Shown here: positions 44,858-54,435 of the stretch, one piece after another
Layout: each line of letters starts with the position of its first letter
Numbering within the stretch: the first letter of the stretch is position 1
Assembly (NCBI GenBank): GCA_039818205.1
Contig: JBCBUK010000001.1
Span: forward strand, 416,001-480,000
DNA: 64,000 nt
From: Verrucomicrobiota bacterium
GTDB lineage: Bacteria > Verrucomicrobiota > Verrucomicrobiia > Opitutales > Cerasicoccaceae
Reading direction: 5' to 3'
Notes under the pieces: model-generated
Databases searched by the model: none
What the model saw: the letters and a program-made list of their open reading frames with translations, nothing else
Told to the model about the DNA's origin: nothing
Program-made: the position numbers and the translations under genes

Positions 44858-45423
44858 ATCAAATTATTCTTCTTATTGCGGAAAATTTCCTGGTTAACGC
44901 ATTCGTGCAACGACTGCCGAATACGGGTTAATGCCTTGTACGTCGCGACGATTGATCGATTGGAAACCCGGGCAGCTTCTTCGCTGCTGCCACCATTCTC
45001 ATAACGGGTCAGGATCGTTTTTCGGTCGCGCTCATTTAACTTTTTTAAACACGATGCCAAGGCCTCATGGCGGACATCAGAACCCTGACGGGCGATCAAC
45101 GCGGTCTGCGAAACAACCTCCATAACCTTCTCGTCAAAAACGACTTTGGAGCGGGCAAACTTTAGCCGAGCCTTTCGCACCTTCCAGTAGGCAATTCGGT
45201 TTGCCCAGGGTAGAAAATCCGTCCCGATCTCAAACTCATCGAACTTTTCGTAAATGGTCAGGCAGGTATCCTGAAGAATATCATCCGCATCGAAGCGATT
45301 TGGAACGAGACTGAAAATATACGCGTACATCGCCCGTTGGTGCTTCAATAGCAAACTGATGAGCACCTTCTGACGAGAATCCGTCTCACTGTGATCAAAC
45401 TGCTTCAACGGCTCTGGCGGCAT
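44854..45423 (-). CDS. ECF sigma-70 factor, Rhodopirellula/Verrucomicrobium family (copy 1)
   Basis: HQRAMYAYIFSLVPNRFDADDILQDT...KFDEFEIGTDFLPWA; region 4 TYKALTRIRQSLHECV; ATGA overlap with the FecR gene. Confidence 0.92.
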   Translation of the reverse strand: MPPEPLKQFDHSETDSRQKVLISLLLKHQRAMYAYIFSLVPNRFDADDILQDTCLTIYEKFDEFEIGTDFLPWANRIAYWKVRKARLKFARSKVVFDEKVMEVVSQTALIARQGSDVRHEALASCLKKLNERDRKTILTRYENGGSSEEAARVSNRSIVATYKALTRIRQSLHECVNQEIFRNKKNNLI

Positions 45424-45455
45424 ATCGAAAGATAAATTCCCATTATACCAATATT

Positions 45456-45482
45456 ATACCAGAAAAGAGCTCGATTGAGACA
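45456..45482 (-). promoter_or_regulatory. Candidate ECF promoter for sigma copy 1
   Basis: Minus strand TGTCT-N16-TGGTAT; one of four matches to the same bipartite motif. Confidence 0.5.
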
Positions 45483-45506
45483 ATTTTTCGAAACCTGAGA
45501 TTTATT

Positions 45507-45533
45507 TGTCCTAATAGACATCAGCAGCGTTAT
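45507..45533 (+). promoter_or_regulatory. Candidate ECF promoter for the DUF1592 operon
   Basis: TGTCC-taatagacatcagcag(16)-CGTTAT. Confidence 0.55.
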
Positions 45534-45792
45534 TGATAGGTATGTCGTCAATGCCCCCGCAAGTTCGAGTACGGAACGATCGCCGATGCGCGAATCGAGG
45601 GTTGGCTTTGGGTCGAATTTCGCTTCGAGCCAACGCTCATGCGGATCGTTTGCTAAGCAGCGGCACTACAAACCCTAAACCTCATTCATCAGGAAGTTTC
45701 TGGCTTCCTGCGAACGCGGAGGCTCGATGCAACAACACCTGCATTGTCCGTTGCTCGAAAAAGACCCGCATGACCGAATTGGCTAAATCTAG

Positions 45793-48700
45793 ATGAAATT
45801 TGTCCTCACACTTTCTCTGATTCTTACTGGCTTACTAATCGCCCTGCTCGTTGCTCCGATCAATAGCGATGGCAGCAATACCTTCCTATTGTTTCTCGGG
45901 CGCTTTCATCCGTTGATTCTTCACCTACCGATCGGTGCGCTAATTGCGCTTTTTGTGATTGAGCTCATCAATTGGATTCGCCCGAATCACGGATTGGATC
46001 GAGCCTGTGAAATTCTCTTATGGATTTGCACGTTGACCGCGGTTCCATCCGTTATCGCGGGCTACATGCTGGCTTCAAGTGGCGGTTACAGCGAAAGCCT
46101 CCTCAGCCGACATATGTGGCTTGGGTGGGGCACGACCCTGCTATGTGCTTGGTTGTTGGTTGTTCGCTACTGGAAGCGATCCAAGCCCGCTGCGATCTGG
46201 CTTTATCGTCCCCTACTCTTTTTAAACGTCATCTTGCTCTCCCTGGCTGGCCACTACGGCGGATCACTCACGCATGGCTCCGATTACCTGACAAAGTATA
46301 TGCCAGTCGACATGAAACAGGCACTCGGCATCGAACCCACTGCTTCGGAAAAGCTGATGGCGGAAATCCAGAATGCCGAACCTGAATCCGTCGATGAAGA
46401 TGCCCTCTTCTTTGTTAACCATGTGCAGCCAGTAATGTCCCAGTATTGCTACAGCTGCCACGGGCCCGATAAGCAAAAGGGAAATATACGGTTAGACGAA
46501 TTGGATTTTGACATGGTCAACGGGCCCGACGCGGAAAGCTGGCATACCGCACTTGATCAAATCAATGCAGGAGAAATGCCGCCCAAGGGCAAAGCTCAGC
46601 CCACCGATGAGGAGCGCCGTTTAGTTGTCGATTGGATGACCGATTCGCTCGAAGATGCGGCGAAAGCACGCCGCCGTGTTGCGCAACACACCATGCGCCG
46701 GCTTACGCGGCACCAGTATGCTAACTCTCTTAACGAGCTGCTCGGACTCTCTATCGATTTCCACGATGTATTGCCCGAAGACGGGAAGTCAGAAATGGGT
46801 TTCTCCAACGATGCTGAAACCCTTCAAACGTCGGCTCTACATATCGAGTATTTTCAAAAGATTGCTCGCGAGGCCTTGGACAAAGCGATCGTTGAGGGCG
46901 ACAAGCCCGAGGTAAAGCGCTATAAGGCTACCATTGGCTTGGAATCCGGCGTCGGAAAACCTGGGGGAAGCTTTGGCGGATTCCAAGCCGTTACGGTGAA
47001 CCCTGATCATTTCGAGGTTCATGTCCTCGATGAGGACAGCCAAGTTAAACAAGGGAAAGCGGCAAAGGATATTCAAAATAGCATCGGCTTCTGTATGCGT
47101 GGGTCGGCAACGGATCGATTCACGATCACACCAGAAGGTATGAATCTTTACTCGGCGCTCCCACACAAAGAATTCGCGCCTCGTTCCTGGCAGGGGCCTT
47201 CGCCAAACCTAAAGATGCTTATAAAGCATGTCTACCCAGGTGATGGGCCGTTCATGCTCCGTGTTGAGGCTTCACAAGGAGCGTTCACGCCGGCAGCCAA
47301 AGAAGGGTTTGTGAGTCTCCGCGATAAGGCGCCCGCCAAGACTACCGATGATAGTATCGTGATCCAGGCTGCCGACCACGAAGAGACCAAGAATATGGAG
47401 CTCCGGGATGATGGTTTCCTGGTCCCCGTCGATATCACTTCTGATTCCGAAGCTATCTACAACGTCGAGATTCCAGAGAGCGGGTTCTATCAAATTGATT
47501 TGGAACATCCATATGTCGAACAAGCGGCGATGCCGTCTTTTGACATTCGCTTGGCTTGGCGATACCGCAAACAAGAGCGGCTGCAAATCGATGAGTCATT
47601 GGCCAATGACGAAGCGATCGTACACCCCGTCTCATTGGCATATCTCGACAAGAAAAAGTATCATCTAAAAGTCGGTGGTTCGTTCTTTGTGGGCTTTCGG
47701 AAAATCACCTTCACGCCGCTACCTAAAGAAGATCCAGCCTACCAAGACCTGAAAAAAGAAGCCGAGGTAAATGCAAAAAAATACGAAGGTTTACGCCCGG
47801 CATTGAAAGTCTTCGCCGGAACCCGGACAGACGATGGCATGGACTACAAAACCTTCGGAGGGGTCCGAACCGTAGAGGCTCCAACTGGTGAGCCTCAAAT
47901 CTACGAATTTCAAGGAAACTTTGAAAATCTGCCGGTTCCTGCGCCGGGATCAAATTCGAGTGGCCACCTTGCAGATACGATGATCATTGGCCTGTGGAAC
48001 GATTACCTGGTAAAAAAGAGCAGCGAGTCAGGGCCTCCCCTCATGATTCACTCGCTCGAACTCGAGGCTCCGTACTATGAACAGTGGCCTCCGAAAACAC
48101 ACACGCAGATCTTCTTTGAATCCGCGAATCAAAAGAACGAGGAGGCCTACACCAAAGAAGTCATCCAGCGTTTTATGGAGCGAGCGTTTCGCCGGGACGT
48201 TACCGAAAAAGAAGTCGGGTTCTACGTCGACTTCTGGCGTCAAACTCGAAACGAATTCGACCACTACCAGGACAGCGTGAAAGAAGTACTCGTTGCGGTG
48301 CTTTGCTCACCGAACTTCCTCTACATTGTTGATCCAGAAGCAGACGAAGCGGCACCTGCTGAAGAGTCCAGTGAAGACTTTCTTGCTTCTCGGCTGTCCT
48401 ATTTCCTATGGAACTCGCCACCAGACGATGAGCTAAGAGAACTTGCTGCAACCGGCAATTTGCAAACATCTTTGAATAACCAGGTCGATCGTATGCTGAG
48501 AGACCCTCGAGTCCTCGAAATGATTCGGGCCTTCTCCTACGAATGGCTCCGGATCGATCGCCTCAAGCAGATGGACACCAACGTTGGCAAGTATCCTGAC
48601 TTTACCCGCTTCGTGAAACAGGACATGGCGGAGGAAACCTACCAGCTGATTCATCAAGTGCTGCAGGACGACATGAGCATCATGCAGCTAATCGATTCCG

Positions 48701-49368
48701 ACTTTGCGATGCTCAATCAAAACCTGGCAGAGTTCTATGGGGTCCCCGGAGTCAAAGGAAGCCACTTCCAGAAAGTCACGTTGCCCGAAGGTTCCAACCG
48801 CGGAGGCCTACTAACCCAAGGAGCCTTTCTCAATGGACACTCCGACGGCATGAGCAGCCACCCGATCAAGCGGGCTGTATGGCTGAAAGAGAAAATTTTG
48901 GGAGAGAAACCACCGCCGCCTCCACCGAACGTTCCAGAACTGGATCCCGATACACCAGGCTTCGAGAAACTAACACTAAAGGAGCAACTGGAACTACATC
49001 GTGACAAAGCATCCTGCGTCGACTGCCACCTCAAGATCGACCCCTACGGCGTTGTCTTCGAGAACTTTGATGCGACTGGCCGCTTCATTTCTAAAATTAA
49101 AGACCGACCGGTCGACGCCGCCTCAGTCTTGCCCGATGGAACTGAGGTCGAGGGCATCGAAGGGATCAAACAATACATCCTAGAACACCGCCGAGACTCG
49201 TTCACCAAAGCGCTTGTTGAGCACCTCTACGCCTATGCATTAGGGCGCAATGTTAGTTTTGCCGACGAAGAAGAAATTGATACAATCGTCTCAGCGGTTC
49301 GCAGCGACGACTATAAATTCAAATCGGTGATCAAGCACATTGTCACCAGCGATTCATTTACCCAATAA
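45793..49368 (+). CDS. DUF2231-like membrane domain + planctomycete cytochrome c + DUF1587/1595/1592/1588/1585 protein
   Basis: GRFHPLILHLPIG...GHYGGSLTHG; CYSCH...EMPP; RRLTRHQYANSL; LASRLSYFLWNSPPD; SHPIKRAVW...PPPPPNVP; CVDCH...IDPYG; YALGR. Confidence 0.9.
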   Translation: MKFVLTLSLILTGLLIALLVAPINSDGSNTFLLFLGRFHPLILHLPIGALIALFVIELINWIRPNHGLDRACEILLWICTLTAVPSVIAGYMLASSGGYSESLLSRHMWLGWGTTLLCAWLLVVRYWKRSKPAAIWLYRPLLFLNVILLSLAGHYGGSLTHGSDYLTKYMPVDMKQALGIEPTASEKLMAEIQNAEPESVDEDALFFVNHVQPVMSQYCYSCHGPDKQKGNIRLDELDFDMVNGPDAESWHTALDQINAGEMPPKGKAQPTDEERRLVVDWMTDSLEDAAKARRRVAQHTMRRLTRHQYANSLNELLGLSIDFHDVLPEDGKSEMGFSNDAETLQTSALHIEYFQKIAREALDKAIVEGDKPEVKRYKATIGLESGVGKPGGSFGGFQAVTVNPDHFEVHVLDEDSQVKQGKAAKDIQNSIGFCMRGSATDRFTITPEGMNLYSALPHKEFAPRSWQGPSPNLKMLIKHVYPGDGPFMLRVEASQGAFTPAAKEGFVSLRDKAPAKTTDDSIVIQAADHEETKNMELRDDGFLVPVDITSDSEAIYNVEIPESGFYQIDLEHPYVEQAAMPSFDIRLAWRYRKQERLQIDESLANDEAIVHPVSLAYLDKKKYHLKVGGSFFVGFRKITFTPLPKEDPAYQDLKKEAEVNAKKYEGLRPALKVFAGTRTDDGMDYKTFGGVRTVEAPTGEPQIYEFQGNFENLPVPAPGSNSSGHLADTMIIGLWNDYLVKKSSESGPPLMIHSLELEAPYYEQWPPKTHTQIFFESANQKNEEAYTKEVIQRFMERAFRRDVTEKEVGFYVDFWRQTRNEFDHYQDSVKEVLVAVLCSPNFLYIVDPEADEAAPAEESSEDFLASRLSYFLWNSPPDDELRELAATGNLQTSLNNQVDRMLRDPRVLEMIRAFSYEWLRIDRLKQMDTNVGKYPDFTRFVKQDMAEETYQLIHQVLQDDMSIMQLIDSDFAMLNQNLAEFYGVPGVKGSHFQKVTLPEGSNRGGLLTQGAFLNGHSDGMSSHPIKRAVWLKEKILGEKPPPPPPNVPELDPDTPGFEKLTLKEQLELHRDKASCVDCHLKIDPYGVVFENFDATGRFISKIKDRPVDAASVLPDGTEVEGIEGIKQYILEHRRDSFTKALVEHLYAYALGRNVSFADEEEIDTIVSAVRSDDYKFKSVIKHIVTSDSFTQ

Positions 49369-49389
49369 ACCAGGAAGGACCACCCGCAT

Positions 49390-50739
49390 ATGAGCAACAA
49401 ACCATGGCATCTGGACCGACGTACTTTTCTCAAGGGGCTAGGCGTTAGCTGCTTACTCCCTTACATGGAGTGCATGGGTTTTAAGAAGGAACCCAACATC
49501 AGTACACCGGGCGCTCCGAAACGGCTGTGCTTCGTCTATCTTCCCAACGGCGTTTCAATGCCACCCCCGGATAGCGCTGATCACGAAAAGTGGCACTGGT
49601 TCCCATTGGGCCAGGGAGCGGACTACACGTTCACCAACTCGCTGGCACCGCTGGAACCTCACCGAGACAAGATTGCCATCCTCGGCGGGCTCAGTCACCC
49701 ACGAAGTCGGAAGGTGCTTGGGCACATTGCGGGTGACACCTGGCTCACTGGCGGTGACCTCCGTGGTGCCTACAACAACAGCGTTTCGGTCGACCAGATT
49801 GCTGCCGATAGCCTCAGCCGCTACACCCGTTATCCATCATTGACCCTTTCGACCGACGGCGGCGTTGGCTATAAATCCCGCTCAACCACTCTCTCCTACG
49901 ACCGCACTGGCCGGGCAATTCCCGCAGAGCACCGCCAACGAGAGATTTTTGAACGCTACTTCTCACCCGGCGGTGGCGCAACCACCGAGGAGCGCCGCCG
50001 TAGTCTCCAACAGGGCAAGAAAATCGTCGACCTCGTCCTGGAGGACAGCAAACGACTCCAACGTCGTCTTGGCTACAACGACAAAGAAAAGCTGGATGAG
50101 TATCTGACCTCGCTTCATAGCGTTGAGGCCCAGGTTAGCCGAAACGAACGCTGGCTCGACATCCCGCTAAAGCCTTTTGATTCCGACGAAGTGGATCTAA
50201 CTCCTGTGGCCGACGTCGACCCGCAATCCTACCTGCGCTCGATGATGGATCTCATGATCCTCGGGTTCCAAATAGACCTGACACGCGTGATGACCTTTAT
50301 GATGGCACGTGAAGATGGCATGGGTTTCGGCGACAACTTCCCGAAGCTGGCCCTCGGCATCAACAATGGTCACCACAAGATCTCCCACGATAAGACCGAG
50401 AAACGTTGGGAACAATGGGGCCGCTACGACCGCTGGTTAACCGAACAGTTTGCGTATTTTGTGGACCGCATGCAGAACACCAGCGACGAGTTTGGTCCGC
50501 TGATCGACAATACGGTGATTCTTTACGGCAGTGCCTGCAGCAGTACGCACAACGCACGCAATTACCCACTCGTACTTGCTGGCGGTGGCAACCTTGGCGT
50601 CAAACATGGTGAGTATACGGTTTTTGATGAAAGCCATATCCCAATGTCCAACCTGTTCGTTAGCATGCTAAATGCCGTTGGGATCGAGACCGAGCGGTTC
50701 TCCGACAGCACGGGACGCTTGCCCTCGGTTTTCGCCTAA
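49390..50739 (+). CDS. DUF1552 (HXXSHH) family Tat-exported protein
   Basis: DRRTFLKG twin-arginine motif; RLCFVYLPNG, SVDQIAA, DKEKLDEYLTS, GHHKISH, HNARNYP, PMSNLFVSML. Confidence 0.92.
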   Translation: MSNKPWHLDRRTFLKGLGVSCLLPYMECMGFKKEPNISTPGAPKRLCFVYLPNGVSMPPPDSADHEKWHWFPLGQGADYTFTNSLAPLEPHRDKIAILGGLSHPRSRKVLGHIAGDTWLTGGDLRGAYNNSVSVDQIAADSLSRYTRYPSLTLSTDGGVGYKSRSTTLSYDRTGRAIPAEHRQREIFERYFSPGGGATTEERRRSLQQGKKIVDLVLEDSKRLQRRLGYNDKEKLDEYLTSLHSVEAQVSRNERWLDIPLKPFDSDEVDLTPVADVDPQSYLRSMMDLMILGFQIDLTRVMTFMMAREDGMGFGDNFPKLALGINNGHHKISHDKTEKRWEQWGRYDRWLTEQFAYFVDRMQNTSDEFGPLIDNTVILYGSACSSTHNARNYPLVLAGGGNLGVKHGEYTVFDESHIPMSNLFVSMLNAVGIETERFSDSTGRLPSVFA

Positions 50740-50876
50740 AGCGAATGCGTTTAACAGGACTCCGAACAACGAAGCAAATCCGCAAATATTAACCATTATT
50801 CCGCAAATTGCTATAATTAGATAGGAGGCAAAAACACTTCTCGCATTCTATAAAAAAAGTGGCACAAGTATCCCTT

Positions 50877-51875
50877 ATGAAAACCTCTCTCGTACTTTCT
50901 ATCCTTGGTTTTAGCCTACTAGCATTATCGGGCTGCGGAGACAAATCCGGCAGTGCTGAGACCCCAAAACAACCCCGTATCGCCGTTGTGCCGAAAGCCG
51001 GTGATGTCGAGTTCTGGAAAATGGTCCAGGGCGGCGTAATGAAAGCAGCAAGCGAGGAGCCAGAGTATGAGATCATTTGGCAACCGCCAGCAATCGCCAA
51101 TGACCGTTCTGAGCAGATCAAAACAATTCAAAACCTGACGATTAAAGACGTTGACGCACTTGCGGTCGCACCAATCGATGCAATCGATATGGTGAAATCA
51201 GTTTCCAACGCAAAGAAGAAAGGTATCAAAACAATTGTTTGGGACTCCGGCTTGGAAGATGACACCGTTTATGAATCGTTCGTGGCTACCGATAATTATA
51301 ATGGCGGTGCGGAGTGCGCGAAAGCGTTAGCCAAATTCCTTGATGGCAAAGGCAATGTCGGATTGCTGCGCTATGTGGAAGGCTCAGCCAGCACCGAAAA
51401 CCGCGAGCAAGGTTTTCTCGATACCATTAAAACCTTTCCTGACATCGTCATCATATCCGACTCACAACGTGGCGGCGACGAAGCAAAATCACAGGAGGTT
51501 GGTTCACGCCTCTTGCAAAAAGATGGCGATGAACTCCATGCGATTTTCTGCAGCAACCAAACAACGACAGAAGGTATGCTGCGGGCTATGGAGAAGTCTC
51601 CGCTTCAGGGCCAGATCGTGATCGTGGGATTCGACTTCAACCCCTACATCGCCGAATCTCTGCGTAACGGCAACCTGTCTGCGACCGCAGCGCAGGATCC
51701 ATTCAATATGGGTTACCTTTCCGTTAAGACTTCTATCGATCTACTTGAAGGTAAAACGCCCGACAAGCTTGTCGACACCGGCGTTTACATCGTCACCAAG
51801 GAAAACATCGACGACACCGATATGCAGAACGTCCTTTTCCCAGACTATCAGTCTTGGCTGAAGGACGAAGGCTAA
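50877..51875 (+). CDS. Monosaccharide ABC transporter substrate-binding lipoprotein (RbsB-like)
   Basis: Lipobox LSGC; IAVVPK...FWKMVQGG, FVATDNYNGG, STENREQGF, VGFD, QDPFNMGY. ATG 50877 chosen over GTG 50859. Confidence 0.9.
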   Translation: MKTSLVLSILGFSLLALSGCGDKSGSAETPKQPRIAVVPKAGDVEFWKMVQGGVMKAASEEPEYEIIWQPPAIANDRSEQIKTIQNLTIKDVDALAVAPIDAIDMVKSVSNAKKKGIKTIVWDSGLEDDTVYESFVATDNYNGGAECAKALAKFLDGKGNVGLLRYVEGSASTENREQGFLDTIKTFPDIVIISDSQRGGDEAKSQEVGSRLLQKDGDELHAIFCSNQTTTEGMLRAMEKSPLQGQIVIVGFDFNPYIAESLRNGNLSATAAQDPFNMGYLSVKTSIDLLEGKTPDKLVDTGVYIVTKENIDDTDMQNVLFPDYQSWLKDEG

Positions 51876-51879
51876 GGAG

Positions 51880-53391
51880 ATGAGTGAAGCGATTCTCCAT
51901 CTCAAGGGCGTCCACAAACGATTCGGTCCGGTTCACGCTTTAAAAGGCGTTGAACTCGAAATTTTCAGTGGCGAAGTCCATGCGCTGATTGGCGAAAATG
52001 GCGCTGGTAAAAGCACCATGATGAAAATTCTCAGTGGCGCTCAGTTGGCCAGCGAGGGAAACATCACCCTCAATGGAAGTGCTTACCGGCCAACCTGCCC
52101 GAGTGACGGGCGTAAGGCAGGCGTAGCCATGATTTACCAAGAGCTGACGCTCGCGCCGCACCTAAGTATCGAAGACAATATCATGCTGGGCGTTGAAGAA
52201 AGCCGGTTTGGCTGGAATCAGAAGAAGACGCAGAAGATCAGCGAGGCACTGACCCTCCTCGGCCACGCGGAACTTGATCCAGCCACGCCAGTCGGCTCGT
52301 TGAAGATTGGCACCCAGCAGCTCATTGAAATAGCCCGCGCCATCGTTAGCGAAGCACAGATCATTATCATGGATGAGCCGACCAGTTCGCTCTCAGCGGA
52401 AGACACGCGAATATTGTTCGAGGTCATCGCCAAGTTGCGCGCCAAAGGAATCGCCATCATATACATCAGCCATTTTCTGGAAGAGGTTCAGGAGATTTCG
52501 GATCGATACACCATCCTTCGCGATGGGGAAACCTGTGGAACTGGATTAATGGGCAGCGTTACGGTCCCAGAGATCATCAAGATGATGGTCGGCCGGGATC
52601 TCGACGAAATGTATCCGACCACTGAACACGAGATTGGCGAGGTGGTGCTCGAGTGTCAGAACCTGCGCGGTATCCCGTTCCCTATTGATGCGTCCCTCAA
52701 GCTTCGACGAGGGGAGATCCTGGGCATATTCGGATTGGTTGGTGCGGGCCGCTCCGAGATGCTGCGTTGCATCTTCGGTTTGGATCCTATGCAAGTCGGT
52801 AAGGTTATCATCCAACAATCGAAAACTTATGGTCGTCACCAGCTTCGCCCACGCGTCGCGTTGAACGCCGGAATCGATTTGCTGAGCGAAGACCGAAAAC
52901 AGGAGGGGCTAGCGCAAAAAATGAGCATTGCGGTAAACACCACTCTATCATCGCTCAGCAAAGAGTCTCGGTTTGGCTTCATCGATCTGAAACAAGAAAA
53001 GGATACAGCAGATACCTGGGCAAAGCAGCTTGCGGTGAAGTGCCACTCAACAACGGATGCGATCAGCAACCTTTCGGGTGGCAACCAGCAAAAAGTCGCA
53101 ATCGCGCGCTTGATGCAGCACGACTCGCAAATCCTTTTCTTTGATGAACCAACCCGTGGGATAGACGTCGGGAGCAAAGCCGAAATTTATAAGCTAATCC
53201 AAAAACTAGCCGCTGATGGAAAATCGATTATCATCGTCAGCTCTTACCTTCCCGAACTACAAGGAGTCTGCGACACTCTAACGGTGATGTATCGCGGCGT
53301 GCTGAGCGAAAGTCGAATGGTCAACGAGTGGTCGAAACACGATATAATGGCCTACGCGACAACTGGTTCGACGACGCCTACTGAAAACTAA
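51880..53391 (+). CDS. Monosaccharide ABC transporter ATP-binding protein (RbsA-like)
   Basis: GENGAGKST, MDEPTSSL, YISH, EDRKQEGL, LSGGNQQKV, DEPTRGIDVGSK. Confidence 0.95.
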   Translation: MSEAILHLKGVHKRFGPVHALKGVELEIFSGEVHALIGENGAGKSTMMKILSGAQLASEGNITLNGSAYRPTCPSDGRKAGVAMIYQELTLAPHLSIEDNIMLGVEESRFGWNQKKTQKISEALTLLGHAELDPATPVGSLKIGTQQLIEIARAIVSEAQIIIMDEPTSSLSAEDTRILFEVIAKLRAKGIAIIYISHFLEEVQEISDRYTILRDGETCGTGLMGSVTVPEIIKMMVGRDLDEMYPTTEHEIGEVVLECQNLRGIPFPIDASLKLRRGEILGIFGLVGAGRSEMLRCIFGLDPMQVGKVIIQQSKTYGRHQLRPRVALNAGIDLLSEDRKQEGLAQKMSIAVNTTLSSLSKESRFGFIDLKQEKDTADTWAKQLAVKCHSTTDAISNLSGGNQQKVAIARLMQHDSQILFFDEPTRGIDVGSKAEIYKLIQKLAADGKSIIIVSSYLPELQGVCDTLTVMYRGVLSESRMVNEWSKHDIMAYATTGSTTPTEN

Positions 53392-53400
53392 TTGCAACTC

Positions 53401-54411
53401 ATGCAACTGAAAGCGAAACAACTACTCTCAAATTTTCTGCCATTTCTTGGGCTTATATTCGTCCTGATCGTGAGCATCATCGCGATCTTGATCAAAGACC
53501 CAAGCGGTGAAGACCTCGGCAACTTTTTGAGTTTTGATAACGTCAAGACCGTCTTAATCCAAGCGGTCGTTGTGGGCATTGCTGCTCTCGGGATGACACT
53601 CGTCATCATCAGTGGTGGTATTGACCTCAGCGTTGGTTCCCAGGTTGCATTAGCCACAGTCGTCTTCGCCTTTGTCATCAATGGGTTTGATGTCAGCCCG
53701 CCCGCAGGAGCCGAGATTTCCGTGATGGGCATCCTGCTCGCCATTATAGGAACAGTACTCGTATGCGCGGCCTGCGGATGGTTCAACGGGTTTTTATCGT
53801 CGGTGTTCAAAATTGTGCCCTTCATCGTCACACTTGGGACTATGCAGATCTTTCGCGGTGTTGCCAAATGGATCGCTGGTGGTGAAGCCGTTCGGACGCC
53901 TCGCAATGACGCGCAAAATTTCATGGACTACGATGGCGCATTGGGCATCGGCATCGGTTTCTATCTGCTGATTGCGTCGGTGATCGTGGTTTCATTACTG
54001 CTCAAGCGAACCGTCCTGGGGCGCCATATTTACGCGATAGGATCAAGCGAGAACACCGCTCGCCTATGCGGTATCAACGTCGAGAATCGGAAGGTATTGA
54101 TCTACGTCCTCTGTGGCGTCTTCACCGGCCTTGCCGGAGTCATGCAATACGCCTTCCTCGGCAGTGGAAATCCAACGATCGCGATCGGCCTAGAATTGAA
54201 CATCATCGCAGCGGTCGTCATTGGCGGCGGATCACTCAGTGGCGGTGAAGGCTCCGCGATTGGAACTTTTACTGGCGCATTGATCATGTCTGTTCTCGGA
54301 AGTACTTGCACCATGTTGGGTGCAGAGACTTACGTGCAGGAAATCATCATTGGCTCGATTGTTATCATCGCTGTGGGCATCGACCGCCTCAAACACCTGC
54401 GCACCAGCTAG
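53401..54411 (+). CDS. Monosaccharide ABC transporter permease (RbsC-like)
   Basis: GMTLVIISGGIDLSVG, PFIVTLG, GRHIYAIGS, ELNIIAAVVIGGGSLSGGEG. Confidence 0.94.
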   Translation: MQLKAKQLLSNFLPFLGLIFVLIVSIIAILIKDPSGEDLGNFLSFDNVKTVLIQAVVVGIAALGMTLVIISGGIDLSVGSQVALATVVFAFVINGFDVSPPAGAEISVMGILLAIIGTVLVCAACGWFNGFLSSVFKIVPFIVTLGTMQIFRGVAKWIAGGEAVRTPRNDAQNFMDYDGALGIGIGFYLLIASVIVVSLLLKRTVLGRHIYAIGSSENTARLCGINVENRKVLIYVLCGVFTGLAGVMQYAFLGSGNPTIAIGLELNIIAAVVIGGGSLSGGEGSAIGTFTGALIMSVLGSTCTMLGAETYVQEIIIGSIVIIAVGIDRLKHLRTS

Positions 54412-54435
54412 CGCTCGCGAGAGCCATCCATATCC

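Noticed and set aside
45442..45461. Direct repeat ATTATACCA x2 as a separate regulator site
   Set aside because: It overlaps the -10 box of the candidate ECF promoter and has no independent support
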